From: Camelus dromedarius
Taxonomy: Eukaryota
Direction: 5' to 3'
Assembly (NCBI RefSeq): GCF_036321535.1
Contig: NC_087437.1
Location: forward strand, 24,120,001 to 24,184,000
DNA length: 64,000 nucleotides
In this document: positions 25,054 through 39,002 of the stretch, piece by piece
Layout of the letters: each line of letters opens with the position of its first letter
Numbering within the stretch: the stretch's first letter is position 1
Notes under the pieces: generated by a model
Database searches by the model: none
Seen by the model: only the letters and a program-made list of their open reading frames with translations
What the model was told of the DNA's origin: nothing
Program-made: the position numbers and the translations under genes

Positions 25054-27429
25054 CTAAAACATAATGCTAAAAGCCAATCACATACTTAACGTTTCTAAAC
25101 TTACACTGGTCTTTAAATTCTGCTGCTTGTATGGTAACCAAACTGCTTACACCTATTTAGTACCTATGTCTTCTGGGCTTGAATTTCTTCAGTTGACTGT
25201 ATGGTGACCAAAATATTTGCATTATAACATAACATTTGCTTGAAGAGCGCTGGGCCTCAGAGGAAAAGATTTGTTATAACTAACCATAACTGAGAAACAT
25301 ATACAGATAAAAATATATGATGTATTAAATAGGGAAATATTTATAATTTTGTGCTTTTTTCACTGAACTTTATTTCATGAATATTTTTAAAAGTCAGTGA
25401 CGTTTCTTCAAATGCAGCATCATTGAGTGTTTGCTAAATATTTCATCATACTATTGTACTAAAAAGTCCCTATGTTTGGATATATAAACTAATTTCAATA
25501 TACATATAATACCATATATGTTAATATATAAATATTTACATAAAGCATATGTATTATAAATACATAAAATATTATTTTATATTTTATAATTTCTAGTGGT
25601 CAGCTGAAGTTGAGCATATATCATTGATGTCTCTGATTACTTTTATAATACACAGTCCTAAATGTAGAGGTCTTAAGTCAAATAATACATCCTTCATAAA
25701 GTTTTTGAAATGATCTAAGTTGCTTGTAGGAGGATTAACCTATTTTATTCCCAATATTTCTAATAGCAGTATTCACTTAATTACTCTTCATGAACAGTGT
25801 TTCTGTTGTACAGCTTTACTGAGTATAATTCAGAATTTGAAACACTAGAGCTGTATCTTATATGGTGTCATGTGTTCTGTTGAGATGCAGTACCATTAAG
25901 TAAGAAGTACACTGCATAACAAATAAACCAATTTATTTAGCATATTATTTTTATTTGTTTAGTATTTCCAAATTGGATTAAGATTGACAAAATGTGAGAA
26001 AGTATCTTAAACTAGGTTGGGAAAAGTATGACCTACTGATGAAAACATTATTAAGGTTTTAATCCTCATTAGTTGAAACGAAACTAATGAATTCAAGTGT
26101 AACTTGAATGAAAACAAGTTACACTCACTAAGGCATAGAATATGTGAGACTTCTGGCTTGTAACATCAAGGATTCGTGAAAATTCATGTATGTAATTTAA
26201 AGTAAAAGTTATAGATAAGCGAACTGATCTTTATGTTATTTTATGCTATGCAATTTTCTTCTGGGCATAAATGGCTTTATTTAGTACATTACATAAAGTA
26301 TTATTTCAGAATAAAATTTAAATATATTTATTAAAGAGCTACTCTGCATTATTAAGTAGCTATATGAACATAGAAGTTGAGATAAGGGTCAAATGTAGCC
26401 ATTTTAAATATAATAATGTCTGAGGTATCTCTGTGTTCTAATTAGATGCTACTCTGGATTTGGATAAAAGAAATGTTCAAAAATAAAATATTATTGAAGC
26501 TGATTAACTGCAATAGTTTCCTAGAGACAAGACATTTTATTCCTTTTGTTCAGCAGGTGTGTGCATGTCTCAGGCAAGTGTAAGACAATTTAGCTGTGGT
26601 TGTGTTTGATTAGATTTACTTAATATGCACTTTTACTCTACAGAGATCAAATTATATATATTAATTGCATGCCTATTTCTAAAAACTTCTGCGCCTTTCT
26701 TTATTTTGTGCTACCTGCTCATTAATAGTCATAGTCAAGGTTTTGAATAAGGAAACAAGCTTTTTCCCTGAAGATGTGAACATATCATTTCAAAGTATGT
26801 GTTCTCTATCATTTACCTATGATACATAATATTTTGCACCAAAGGAATCAATGAATTTCCCTTTCATTTTTAGAAGAAAAATATTTTTATGTCTACTTTT
26901 TGGCTGGAAAGTACCAATTTGATGACGATACGTTTGTATTTGTTCATAAACAGAAAAAAATAGGTTATTTTGAAATAGTAATAATTACAGGTAACACTCA
27001 AAGCTAGGCATTTGTTTTTAAAGGCTTCACATATAATAATGCATTTAATATTCACAGAAGATCTGTGAGTTACTAGACCTACATTCTATAATCATAGGAA
27101 ATGAGGCCACAAAGAGGCCAAGTTGCTTGGCCGAGGACACATGATTACAAAGGAGTCAAGCTGAGATTTAACCCCGGCTCTTAACCATGTTCTCTATGTT
27201 TCATATCCCCAGGTACTCAGGCAGGTATCTCCTGCTACATTTTCACCCTTGTCAACTCAATCACCAGTACTTATCATTTGCATCTCTTCAATATCTCTCT
27301 CATCAATAGCTGTGCTATATATTTTACCCTAATTTATGTTGTATGCATCACATTCTGCCTTGATATCTGAATAACATCTTCACTAGCTTCAATTTCCAAT
27401 TCCTTTTAGACACAGACATCACAATAACC

Positions 27430-27885
27430 TTGACGTGCTCTCATAATCAAAATACTCAACGAACTAGGAATAGAAGAAAACTTCTCAACCTGATAGATGG
27501 CATCTATGAACAACCAACAGCTAACATCATTCTTAACAGTCAAAAACATGACCAGGATATTTTCTCTTGCTACTTCAATATTTTACTAGAAGGTTTGCCA
27601 GGGCAGTTAGACAACAAAGTGAAATAAAAGTCATCTGTATTAGAAAGGAGGACATATTAAAAAAAATCCCTATTTGCAGATGACATGATCTTGTTTACAG
27701 AAGAGCATAATGAAAGCACTAAAAAAATCTATTAACTAATAAATGAGTTCAGCAGGGTGTCAATCCATGGTCAATACACAGCAGTCCATTGCATTTCTAT
27801 ACACTTGCAATGAACAATCTAAAAATGAAATGAAGAAAAAGAATTCCATTGACAATACCATCAAGAATAAAATACTTAGGTTTTG
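27430..27885 (+). mobile_element. Old L1 ORF2 RT fragment
   Basis: CTATTTGCAGATGACATGATC (LFADDM), CCAACAGCTAACATCAT and GCATTTCTATACACT. Confidence 0.85.
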
Positions 27886-28039
27886 CAACTTTTTAAAAAT
27901 TTTTTTCTATCATCTGAAAGCTATAAAACAGTACAGATACAAAAAATGAATTTTACGCTTCAAATTGGCCAATGGTATAATTTGTGAATTGTATCCCAAT
28001 AAAGCCAATAATACATGAAAGAATACTTTCTTGAGATAC

Positions 28040-28620
28040 TTCCTCCTAAGAATCCTTCAAAGTGTACAAATTAAAGTCAAAACACCTGTGTGTACACTAC
28101 AAATTCTTCTGATCTGCCATTTTTCCATTTTGTCCCTTTGTCGGTCCATTCATGCTGCATGAAAACTAAGTATGACTGTTATTCGTATATGCCACATATT
28201 TTCTCCCCTTCACGCCTTCTCTGCCCAGAGATATCTGCCTCATTTTTCTATTCAAATCTTCTCTTTTAGACCCGTCTCCTGTGCCATTTCTTTTCTGAAG
28301 GAGGTGACTCTTTTTCTGCACCCAATTGCTGTCTCTCCTCTGAACCTTGGTAGCAAAGTACCGCTGTAATTCGTTGGTAGCACTGGCCACTTTCTGTTTT
28401 CTAGCATGGTTGAATCAACCGTTCACAACTTCCTTGAGGTCAGGGTCCTTGTGTAATGTATTTATTTTTTTTTACCTCCCACAAAAATTAATAAAATGGC
28501 ATGTATGAGATTGTTACCCAGTAAACATTTTAAAATAAGTTATTTATTAAAAAAACAGTAGAGACAGTAAATAAATGGAAATAGTAAACAAATGATCCAG
28601 TGAATGAATGAATGAATGAA
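28040..28620 (+). mobile_element. L2 3' fragment ending in (GAAT)n
   Basis: CTCCTTGAGGTCAGGGTCCTTGT-like motif and terminal TGAATGAATGAATGAATGAA. Confidence 0.6.
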
Positions 28621-29699
28621 CCTAACTTTTTCTCTAAGCTTTGTAAGCAGATTTCATGGCTATATCTTCAGGATTCTCAGTTGCCAAAAATAGAATCTAC
28701 TGTGATTAGTTTAGACAAAAAAGGAATTTGTCAAATTACATTCTCTTCCAGAATTTCCAAAAGGGCCAGAGAGCCATTTTCTTTAGCAATCTTATCAGCA
28801 ACAAAGCCCAGTCATAGTGCAGAGGTTGATGTAGAGAAAATATCCACCCCGCCAGCTGCTCAGCATGTGTAGGAGTTAAGATTGGATCAAAAAACTCTGT
28901 TAATGTCACCCCCTAAAGAACTGGATGCAAGTCTTAGCTAGATTTTACGGAATTAATATGTGTACTTTCCTGCACCCACTGTGAATTCTACTCCTTGAAG
29001 AATCTATTGCTTGTGAAAACCAAATATGTTTAGCAAGGCATGAAACAGCTACAGTCATTCATCAGTGGTCACCGAGTCCCTTTTCAGCATAACTCTAAAG
29101 GTGTCATAGACCTTATATTTATTGTTCTGAATAAACATTAATCTCATGAAGAGTGAAGTACTGAAGGTTGAAGGCCTGTAATTACCCACCAGCTACGTAC
29201 ACTGTCATTAGCCAGGATGGAACCGTCTCCAGGTTTCCATGTCAGTGCACATTGCCCAACTTAGAAGGGAATACTCCACATAAATGAGAATTCAACCTCC
29301 GTGTCTTTATAGCCCTCACGTTCACTCAGCCAGACCCAGAGCATGCCGAGCTATCTGTGGGTTTCAATGTTGACTTCACAAAGGGGTGAACTAGGTTGGA
29401 TGACAGCTCATGTTAAGCATGAGTGCAGTGGACTTTAAGCAATATCTCTTGTCAGTCATTCAAGGAGGACAAAAATTGTGTGACAAGGATGACCTTCAGG
29501 AAAAGGAGCCTAAGTATTTGATTTTAATATCATCAGTCTTAGAAAAGGTCCCTATTGAGTCATTTCCTTTCTTTAAGTGTCTGACATAATTTCATACAGT
29601 TACTCAACTGCAGTAAAAACATCTCAGATGGATATTCTAGTCTTGTAGTTAAAATTTAAAAGGCTAAAAACTGAAAACGCTTGAGATAGAAAAGCCTGA

Positions 29700-29880
29700 G
29701 TGTGGTGGATGTGGTATTGGGTAACATCTGACTGCTCTTAAACCTTGGTTTCCTCAACTCTGAAATAGAGAAACTATGAAATGCACTGCCTGATTGCTGT
29801 GAAGATTGAGTTAAATGAGATGTATTTAAAGGCTCTAACAGCGTGTCAGGCTCATAGTAGACAGTAAATAATTGGTGGCT
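29700..29880 (+). mobile_element. MIR SINE
   Basis: GGTTTCCTCAACTCTGAAAT...GCTGTGAAGATTGAGTTAAATGAGATG...GCTCATAGTAG. Confidence 0.7.
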
Positions 29881-30399
29881 ATAATTAGTTATTTTAAGCA
29901 TAACATCTATCAAATGAATTAGTATTTGTAATTGTCTATTTTTTCCTATGAAGTAGTTTTCTGTGCATTTTCTGCAGAAATAGCACAGGCATTGTGCTCA
30001 GAATTTAACAGGTGGGAAAACTCAGATGAAATGAAGTTATGTTATTTAACAAAGAGGAGTAAGAAAGACAGGGTTACAGTTACAACTACACCCTTTCTCC
30101 TAATGGGGGTGATGGTGACATATACAAAGGATAAAAAGAGTCCAATTATAATTGGCATATGAGATAATTGGGTGGGAGAGGATAAGCTAATATTTCATAC
30201 AGGAATCTCTTAGATGTATCATTTTTCTTTATAAAATCATAGATTTCATGAGTATTAAAAGGTATCCATTACTGGTTACTCATGTTATTTCTTTATCAAA
30301 TCAGATAATGCATTTTAAAGTCCTTTATAAACTGTTTATGAGAATGTTGATATGTGACAAATGTCATTTTTCCCACTTATCTGGTCTTATCTTTTTTAT

Positions 30400-30800
30400 G
30401 CAATAGAATTTTTTGCTAAACATAGAGAAATACTTCATATCCTATCTTTGCCTAGAGTTAGGTGTAACCATTTTATAAAGGTCTGGCTAACGGAGTGGAT
30501 CAGAAGAAGTACATGTAACTTCTAGGTGGTGCTTTTAAAGGGAAGGAGCCAGCATTCTACTTCCTATTTTATTCACCTGGCTGGCTAGAAGGTAGCCATG
30601 ACAGCAGGAGTAGGAACAGCCTTCTTGGACCATGAGTTCAAAGCTGCCCTTTGAGGATGGTGGAGAAACAAAATAGAAGGAGCCTAGATCTCAGACAGCT
30701 TTGATGATTAGAGCCACCACACCAGCTCTGAAGGTTATATGAAAGACAGATAAAATTCCATTTTGTTTAGAATACTGTTGACTTGGGTTAAAAGAAGGTA
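30400..30800 (+). mobile_element. Old MLT1 LTR remnant
   Basis: CAGCCTTCTTGGACCATGAG...GAGGATGGTGGAGAAACAAAATAGAAGGAGCCT. Confidence 0.6.
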
Positions 30801-33800
30801 AAATGATATTTTAATAAAGTACAATACAATTTACTTATTCTACTGTTACATCACAACTACTGCTCTCATGTGTATACCCTTTATTACGGAACCAGAAAGT
30901 GTTGTCAGCACAGGTTATCAGACACCAACAGCATCATTATTTTCTCACCTGTATCCTGTATTTGTCCAGTGAAGCAACTAAGTCCAAAAACTAGAAAGTT
31001 CTGGGATTTTAAATAAATGGCCTCATTTACAGCTTAATGTGGTTTAACAGGCTTAAGTTTCTGTTTTTTCCCTTGCTTCTCCATTCTGAAGTTAAAAATA
31101 AAAAGCATACAATGTCAGTAATGTGAATGTCAGATCTGTATTTCTTATTATGCCAATATTGTTCCAAGAACTTAGTTTCTAGATAATATGAGTATAGAAA
31201 TCTATAAAAATTATTCATTAAAAAAATCCAGTTTTAGAACAGTATGGAGTCTATGATCCAACTTTTGCTTAAAAATATATTTATGTGTTAATGTATATAT
31301 GGGTGCATCTCTGTATATTCAAATAAAATTCCTTATGGAATTATACACTTCTCAGTAATGCCCTTTGTGAAAACAGGTAAAGATAATAAGGGAAGAACAT
31401 TGACTTGTTTATATACTCCCATATTAACTGAATTTTTCAATGGTAATTTAAGACTTTTGTAATCTATCATGATAAAGTTTGCTTTCACGATTTTATATGA
31501 TCCTGTCAAAAACAGGACAAGAAGATCCAAAATTTGGGACATAAATACAACTAAATGCATTTCATTGATTTAAATCTGTCATTAATTTTATCTAGTTAAA
31601 ATATAGGTGAAAGAAGGAAACAAACAAGCTCTGTATACAGAGCACTAGAGCAATAATGGGTAACCCAACGGGGATTTCTCCTTACTCAAGAGACAAAGAG
31701 TAGAAATAGTGTAGGTGATTGTGAAGGTGTGTTGACAAACATGGAGTCAGAGGGTGTAGAGGTGCTGCGTTCCTCATTGCAAACAATACAAAGAAAAAGT
31801 GGGATGAAGACGGCAGAAAGGAGGAGGGGAAGAATAGAAGAAAGCAGGTGGAGGAGGAAGAGGGAAAAATTAGGGAAGAATAAAATATAATCACATTTTT
31901 CCCAATCCCACATACAGATTATTTGAGAATAAAAAGGTAAATCGAAACCTCACTAGTCAATGTCTCAATTATTCAGTTAATGAACAAAATGACTACATGT
32001 GTTCTTAATTGATATTAGCAATCATGTGGAAACATTTATAAAATATGAAACCTGACTAGTATAATAGCATATAGCATTAGAGCGTTAGTGTTTTCAGTAA
32101 TTTTAATTTCTTTTAAGGAAAATCTTTTAAGTACCAAGCAATGTACTGTAAGTTTGCCTGTTTTATTATTATGTGTCAATTTTTTTGCTAGCATTAAAGA
32201 AAGAAGAAAATTAGTAGAAGTTAAGTTTTTAAATGTTCAAAAGACACGGGTAAAACAAAGACTAGAGAATTAACCTATAAATACCGTAGTTTGCACATTC
32301 ATTGAAGATAGGTAAATGATTCACTTTCTGGTTAAATTATCCATGGGGAGGGGGTCATGAAGAAATTATCCATTAATATTCATAAAGTACATGTGTTTAT
32401 ACATTTTGAAAGGAGGTAAAAAGCAAAGTTTTTTTTTGCTTTTTAGTAAGTATGGTTTGGAAAGAAAAATTTAAATTATTAGTAATGTTTATAATAAAAA
32501 TTTATCTTTATATTTTTTTCAAAAACGATTGTGGGAAATGAATGAGGAGGTATAAGGCACCTAGAAATAAACAGAGGTGTGACACACTTTCCTTAATGAA
32601 TAAATATTGTTACAGAATGGGGTGAACCTCTGTCTCAATACTGTTATTTTTTTCTTGTTTAAATTTCAGTTCTGATGAATCATGTGGGAACAAAGATAAA
32701 ATTTGGAATTTTTTTTAAGGAGGGGAAAGGTGGACACAGGAATCAAAAGAGACCAATAGAAAACACCATAGAAACAAAAGCACTGAAAAAGCTAAATTAT
32801 AACTGAGTGATTAAAATCATTAACTTCCAGTGCAACCCAACACACGTAAAATCTATAGTTTTAAAATTCAGACTATAAATCTACAACCCACATAAAGTAA
32901 TGGTTAATTAAAAGGAAAAAAAATATCCTACAGAAATAATAGTTTCTACCATACGGTAAAATGGCTTTCTGTTAGGTAATTGAGCTATAGGAGAAAGACA
33001 GAGGTTTAATTCTGAATAAGGGACAGTTAAATGAAAATTACAATGCAAGCCTAGTTACAAAATTGTATTAAATCTTGCTCCTTGTGAGTTTATCTTCAGA
33101 AATATTTTAATTGAGTAATATAATTGGTATTTTAATAACATGTTTTCTCTTTTTGTCTTAGAAGAAGAAGAAAAGCAGAGAAAGGAGATAATGAAGAAAC
33201 AGACATTGTTCAGTCATTTTTCCTATCAGCTTTTACTGGAAGGAGAACTGCTTTGATGTGACTCATCACAAGATACCAACAGAATCAGGTAGGAATTACC
33301 TTCGATTGGAGCACCATAGAATAATCAGTCTTTAGTCCATTCTAGTGTAAATTTAGTTTTTCATAAAAATTCCATAAATGTGTGTGTGTATGCATACGTT
33401 TATATGGATGAGAAACAGAACATTGTATTAACTATCACTTATTAAGAGAATGCCCAGAAGGTTTGTGCAACAGAGATAACAGATGTTTTATATAAAAGAA
33501 TGTATGATGAAGAACAGACATGTGACAAATTCAGTAGTAATCAAATGTGTAAAATGATTAGATAATAAGATGCTAGTTTAAAATATAGTCAAATTCTGAC
33601 GTTGTTCTTTCATTTTTTAACGTCATGTGCTAGAAACAAATGGCTGGAGGGGATGGGCGGTCATTTTCAAAACCCTTGAATAAGCCTCTTTGGAGAGGTG
33701 GTTTTGAAGCTGAGACCTAGGACACAAGAATAAACTGGGCCTGCAGAGATCCAGGAAAAGAGATTGAGGAAAAAAGACCCTGGGGAATGAGCCTCTTTGA

Positions 33801-36196
33801 TTTGATAGGTGTATTCAGGGTGCAGAAACCAAGGGAGACAGGGCTGAGGTGAGGTTGGAAGGGGGAAGTGAAGGGGGCCCAAGCCCTGCAGGCTGAGGTA
33901 GGAAGTTTGTGTTTTAATCCAGGTGAAAAGGAAAATGATTGGAGAGTTTTAAGTGACTTTTTGACGTAGCTGTTCATATTATTTGTCCTAATTAAACACT
34001 AGTTCCTGGATGCCTGAGACTCCAGTATCAATAACCCAGGCTATCTGACTCAAATCATAGATATTTAATATTATCTGGAGTGCAGAGAAGGCACAGGAAA
34101 TTATGCAGGAAGAGGCGTTCGGGGTAGACTGAAGAGGAAGGATAGTGGGAGTCACTTATGATCCAACAGAATCAGGAAAGAAAGATACTAAGATGGATTA
34201 AAAATCAGAGTGAGACATACGGGTCATGGCTTCACCAGCTTCTCTGCCATCGCAGTCAGAGGTGTGGAATTCAATGAGGGCAAAGCCAAGTCAGAAAGGC
34301 TTTTGCCCACTTCTATTTGGAACTCTGAAAAGGGAACCTTGCGGCGTGTGTTTGTAGCAACATGGGTCAGCTGTGGCACTGAAAAAAAATGAAGAGAGGG
34401 TGACAGTAAGCAGAGAGGGGACCTGAGAGACTATTCAGCACTTCCCTTGTTCCGTGGGGCATGGACGAAGTGCCCACACTCCCCACAGAGAAGCTGGAAG
34501 AAGGTGGCTGAGCCCAGAGCTAGGACACCTGCCTGTGGGTGGCTTTGCTGGCAAGAGGCAAGTGCAGAAGCCAGTGTGTAACTCGCCTAATCAGGCACCA
34601 GAGGGGTGGTGGTTTTGAAACTAGGAGGAGAGGACAATGAAGCTCTCGAGTGTCCAAGAGAACAAGTTACTAACTTACGTTGCACCTCAGAACATAGGGC
34701 AGTAAACCCAGGGAGGGACCAGCCATTATACAGCCAAGACCTGGGAGGATCCAGAAGCCCGGAGGTCACCCCAGGAGCCCCAGGTCTTCCCTCCACTTCT
34801 GCAAGGACAGGCAGCCCCCTTGTGCCCCCGCCCCACATTCCCATTTGCCATCTTGAGACTTGCGGCTGGCAGTCTGTAAAATAAAGCACTTTCCTGAAAC
34901 AACATTTAAGCCAGAGTCTGAGATGCTATGAATTAGCCAGTTAAAATCTCCACTGTGAACTCCGTCCATATTTGGCAGGGTCATGGCTTGTGAGGAAGAT
35001 TAGATTTGTCAGAGACAATAAGAGCCTTCAATTACTTTGTACATTGGCGCTGTCCCGAGTGTAAATGTGTAGCACTACCACACCACTCTGATTTAATAAT
35101 TACTCCATTTATTTCAGTTCATTGACTGTCTACGTGTAATTAGTATACATTTTCAAATACAAGTTTATTAAGATTTGTGTACTGCTATTAGGGAAGTTCT
35201 GTGAAATGTATTCTGAACTGAGTAGGAAATCTCATGTTCTGTGGCCGACACTGTCACTGCCACCAGCTGGTTCTGTAACCTGGGGCAAGGCATTTAACTT
35301 CTCTGGGCATTAATTTTCTCTGAAAAATGAGGAGACTGGACTAAATCATGGCGAAGGTCAATTTTGATTTCTGATGTCTGTCGTGTGAGTGCTAAAATGA
35401 GGCCTGCTGAGATGATGGTGAGTAGATTTGCATTAATCAAGAAACAATGATAATAAGTGTAGAACCATTTAGTGAATCCAGGCCATGTGCCTGGCATCAA
35501 GGAAGTCATTTTATATAGGTTATTTCTAATCATCTAAATAAACCCATGAGGAAATCGAAGTTCAGAGAGGCTGCGATCTGTTCCATGCTACACAGCTGGA
35601 AGGTAGCGGGGCTAGACTTACGACCTGTGTTTTCTCTGAATGTTTGAATTCGATATTATAGTGCTCATTAGTCATCCCTTTATATTGTTTGATTTGAAGA
35701 TTCCACCCTCCAAGTGTTGTTAAAATCCCATCCTTCTAGCTCCTTGTGTTATGAAGCTATTTTTTCAGCATCAAGGCAAGGCAAACTCTCCTCTAAATTC
35801 CTGAAGAACCCAATGCTATCATTTATGTAGGACTTATTTTCCAGACTTATATATTTTTTAACTCTCCTGTAAACATCTCCTGTGTATGTGCAACCAAACT
35901 GGACATGCTCTGAAGGAGTGCCTAGAACCTGTGCCAAGGAATGCTCAAGAGGTGTGTGGCATCACCAGGGCTGGAATTCAGAGTGAGCTGGCCGAGGTGC
36001 AGCGTCTCAGGAGCCACTTTCTCCCGGGGTCATGTGCAGGGTCACCTCACCCCAGTCCTAGCCCTGGGCAGCACAAAGCAGCTGGTGGATAGGTAGCTCA
36101 CTGGGATCAGATGAAGTTCAGCAAGATTAGTTCTCTGCAGTGATACCTATGGAAGTTTGTGCGGTGAGACACCATGTGATGCCTGGAGCATCAAAG

Positions 36197-36715
36197 CGTT
36201 ACTGAGTCCAGCCTCGTTCTGCTTGCTGTATGACAGGCTAGTACATCTGGAGCAGAGGTGTTGGGGCAAGGAATGAGGACTTTATTCAGTAAACCAGCAG
36301 ACCAAGAAGATGGGGGACTAATATCCCAGAGAAGCATCTTACCCAAGTCAGAATTCAGGCCCCTTTTATACTAAGAAGGGGGACGGGGTGTGGTTGGTTG
36401 TTGCAAACTTCTTGATGTTGGGATCCTTTGTTCTTCCAGCAGTCCACGTAGGTCAGGTCATGATGTTCCTGTAAACCTCCAACAAGACAAATGTTACTTG
36501 CTGTTCTGCAACATTTTAGCTCTCTATAAATGAAAAGCGCTATACTCTTAAATGTCAGAGCCTTGAGAATGGGCTACCACTGTCCATTTCAGGCTCTAGG
36601 CAACATGCTTTCACGAAAGATGCCAAACCAGCATGACTAAGCACAGGAAACAGCACAGGGTTAGAGCTAAAGGAACAGATTTAATATGGAGTCAGATTTG
36701 TTCTTCCCTATTACA
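36197..36715 (-). mobile_element. ERV1-type solo LTR
   Basis: CGTTACTG...TATTACA termini; antisense polyA signal (TTTATT) and TATA-like TTTTATA; CCATATTAAATCT-like end; flanks AAAG/AAAC. Confidence 0.7.
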
Positions 36716-36937
36716 AAACTGGTGGAAACAAAACTGGTGTCCAGAAATGATAAACCAGGAAGGCAGGCCTTCCCTGGTAGCGTATAGTGAAATAATGGAT
36801 TACTAGAGGAGCTGAAACCAAGGTAACTGAGCAGATGTCTTTCCATGCAATCATTTCTTGGAGCTAAGCCGTGGTGATGCAGTGCTATAAAAGAAAGGTT
36901 TCTGAAGTTCCTGCGAGTGGTTTCAGGCTTTTGCCCG

Positions 36938-38042
36938 GTGTGTTAGTTTCTAGCACTGCCATGACAAAATCCTACAGACTAGGTGGCTTAAATGACAGAA
37001 ATATATTTTCTCACAGTTCTGGAGATAAAAAAATCCAAGATCAAGGTGTCAGCATGTTTGGTTTCTTCTGAGGCCTCTCTGCTTGGCAGAGATGGCTGAC
37101 TTTCACCTTGTCCTCACATAGTCTTTTCTCCGTAAGCATGCACGCCTGGTGTCCCATTGTGTGTACAAATTTCTGCTTCTTATGAGGGCGTCAGGCAGAT
37201 TGGATTAGGGCCCATTCTAATGACCTCATTTTAACTTAATTGCTTTTTTTCCATCCAGTTTTATTGAGATATTATTGATACATAGCACTGTCTAAGTTTC
37301 AGGTGTATAGCATAATGATTTGACTTCAAGTTTAGTGAGTATTCATCATCTCATATAGATAAAGAATTAAAGAAATAGACAAAATACATTTTTCCTTGTG
37401 ATAAAAACTCTTAGGATTTACTTTCTCAACAATTTTCATATATAATGTACAGCAATGTTAATTATATTTATTATGTTGTACATTGCATCCCAGTACTTAT
37501 TTTTATCTTATAACTGGAAGTTTTTACCTTTTGACTGCCTTCATCCAACTCCCCCTCCCCCCACTCCCTAACCCCCACCTCTGTTATCCACAAACTTGAT
37601 CTCTTTTTCTATGAGTTTGTTTTTTTTTTGTTTTTGAAGTATAATTGACCTACAACACTGTGTTATTTCCTGGTGCACAACATAGTGATTCCATATTTCT
37701 ATACATTTCAAAATGATCACCATGTTAGATCTAGTTACCGTCTGTCGCCATATAAATATATTACATAATCATTGATTCTATTCCCTGCACTATACATTTC
37801 ATACTTGTGACTCTTATTTTTTAACTGAAAGTTTATACTTCTTGTCTTCTTCACCTATTTCTCTCTTCCACCCATTCCCCTGACCAACAACACAGATTGA
37901 ATCAGAGTCCATTGTAATGGCCTCATTTTAATTTAATCACTTTTAAAGGCCCTATCTCTAAATGAAGTCATACTGTGAGGTACTGGGGTTAGAGTTTCAA
38001 CATAAGAATTTGTAGGGGAGACACAATTTAGCCCATAATGCT
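36938..38042 (-). mobile_element. MLT1-type LTR with a nested L1 3' end (~37245-37890)
   Basis: GGTGGCTTAAATGACAGAAATATATTTTCTCACAGTTCTGG. A CTCATTTTAA-containing LTR segment recurs on both sides of the L1. Confidence 0.8.
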
Positions 38043-38132
38043 ATGGATTTATTAAGAATTGTAAGCTTTCGCATGGGCAGATATCCCTGTCATGGCTACC
38101 AGAATGTCATACGCATTAACAGAGGGTAAGTA

Positions 38133-39002
38133 CAGTTGACCCTTGAACAATTCAGGGGTTGGGGTGCCAACCCCTGTGCAGTTGAGGATCTGCATTTAAC
38201 TTTGTGGGCGACCCTCTGTATCTGTAGTTCTATATCTACAGATTCAGCCAAACTCTGATCTTGAAATACTATGATAGTTGTTGAAAAAATATCTGTATGT
38301 TAGTGTTACTGAACCAGATTTGGATCTGCTCTCTCATGCACAGCAAAGCCAATCTCCTGACTCTGGGCTGTGATGTAGGAAAGAATGGTGTTTATTGCAA
38401 GGCCAAACAAGGAGTACTGGAAGCTAATGCTCGAAAGAACTGAACTCCCCCAATGGATTTCAGGGAAGGGTTTTTAAAAACAAAGTGAGGGAAAGAGTTG
38501 CAGGGTGTGTGATCAGCTTGTGCATAATCTCTAGTTGGTTGATGGTAAGGTAACAGGTGATGTCACAGGGGTTAAACTCGTCAGTCCTCAGGTCCCATCC
38601 AGTCTAGGGGTTACCTGTTCATAGTCATCATGCAGTTAGCCTTTTCCATCTGGTTGGGGTTTCAGTATCTATACAAGTCAGACCCTATTATCTATGTCCT
38701 TCTGGGAGGGACCAAAGATTCTGTGACTCTACTATGTGACTGATCTGTTGTTTAAAATGTTACCCATTCTTCTGGCCCAACTGCTATATTTTGTTACTCT
38801 ATGTTCACATTCTTCCAATCATTAACTCTTGAGCCAGCCTTTTGACTCAGGGGAGGCCTGAGAAACTAAAGCTTTTCTACGATCAAAAGATAGGTAGAGG
38901 ACATGGGGTAGGGGATCTGTCCTGGCAAGGCCCCAACAGGTCCTACTCAGCTACATTAGTGGACCTTCACAGTTCAAATTCATGTTATTCAAAGATCAAC
39001 TG
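38133..39002. mobile_element. TcMar-Tigger MITE (MER8/Tigger2-like) split by an LTR
   Basis: TIRs CAGTTGACCCTTGAACAA and TTATTCAAAGATCAACTG, each flanked by TA. Confidence 0.85.
38304..38955 (-). mobile_element. ERV1-type solo LTR inserted in the MITE
   Basis: TGTTACT...CTACA termini with a perfect 4-bp TSD TTAG at 38300-38303 and 38956-38959. Confidence 0.85.
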
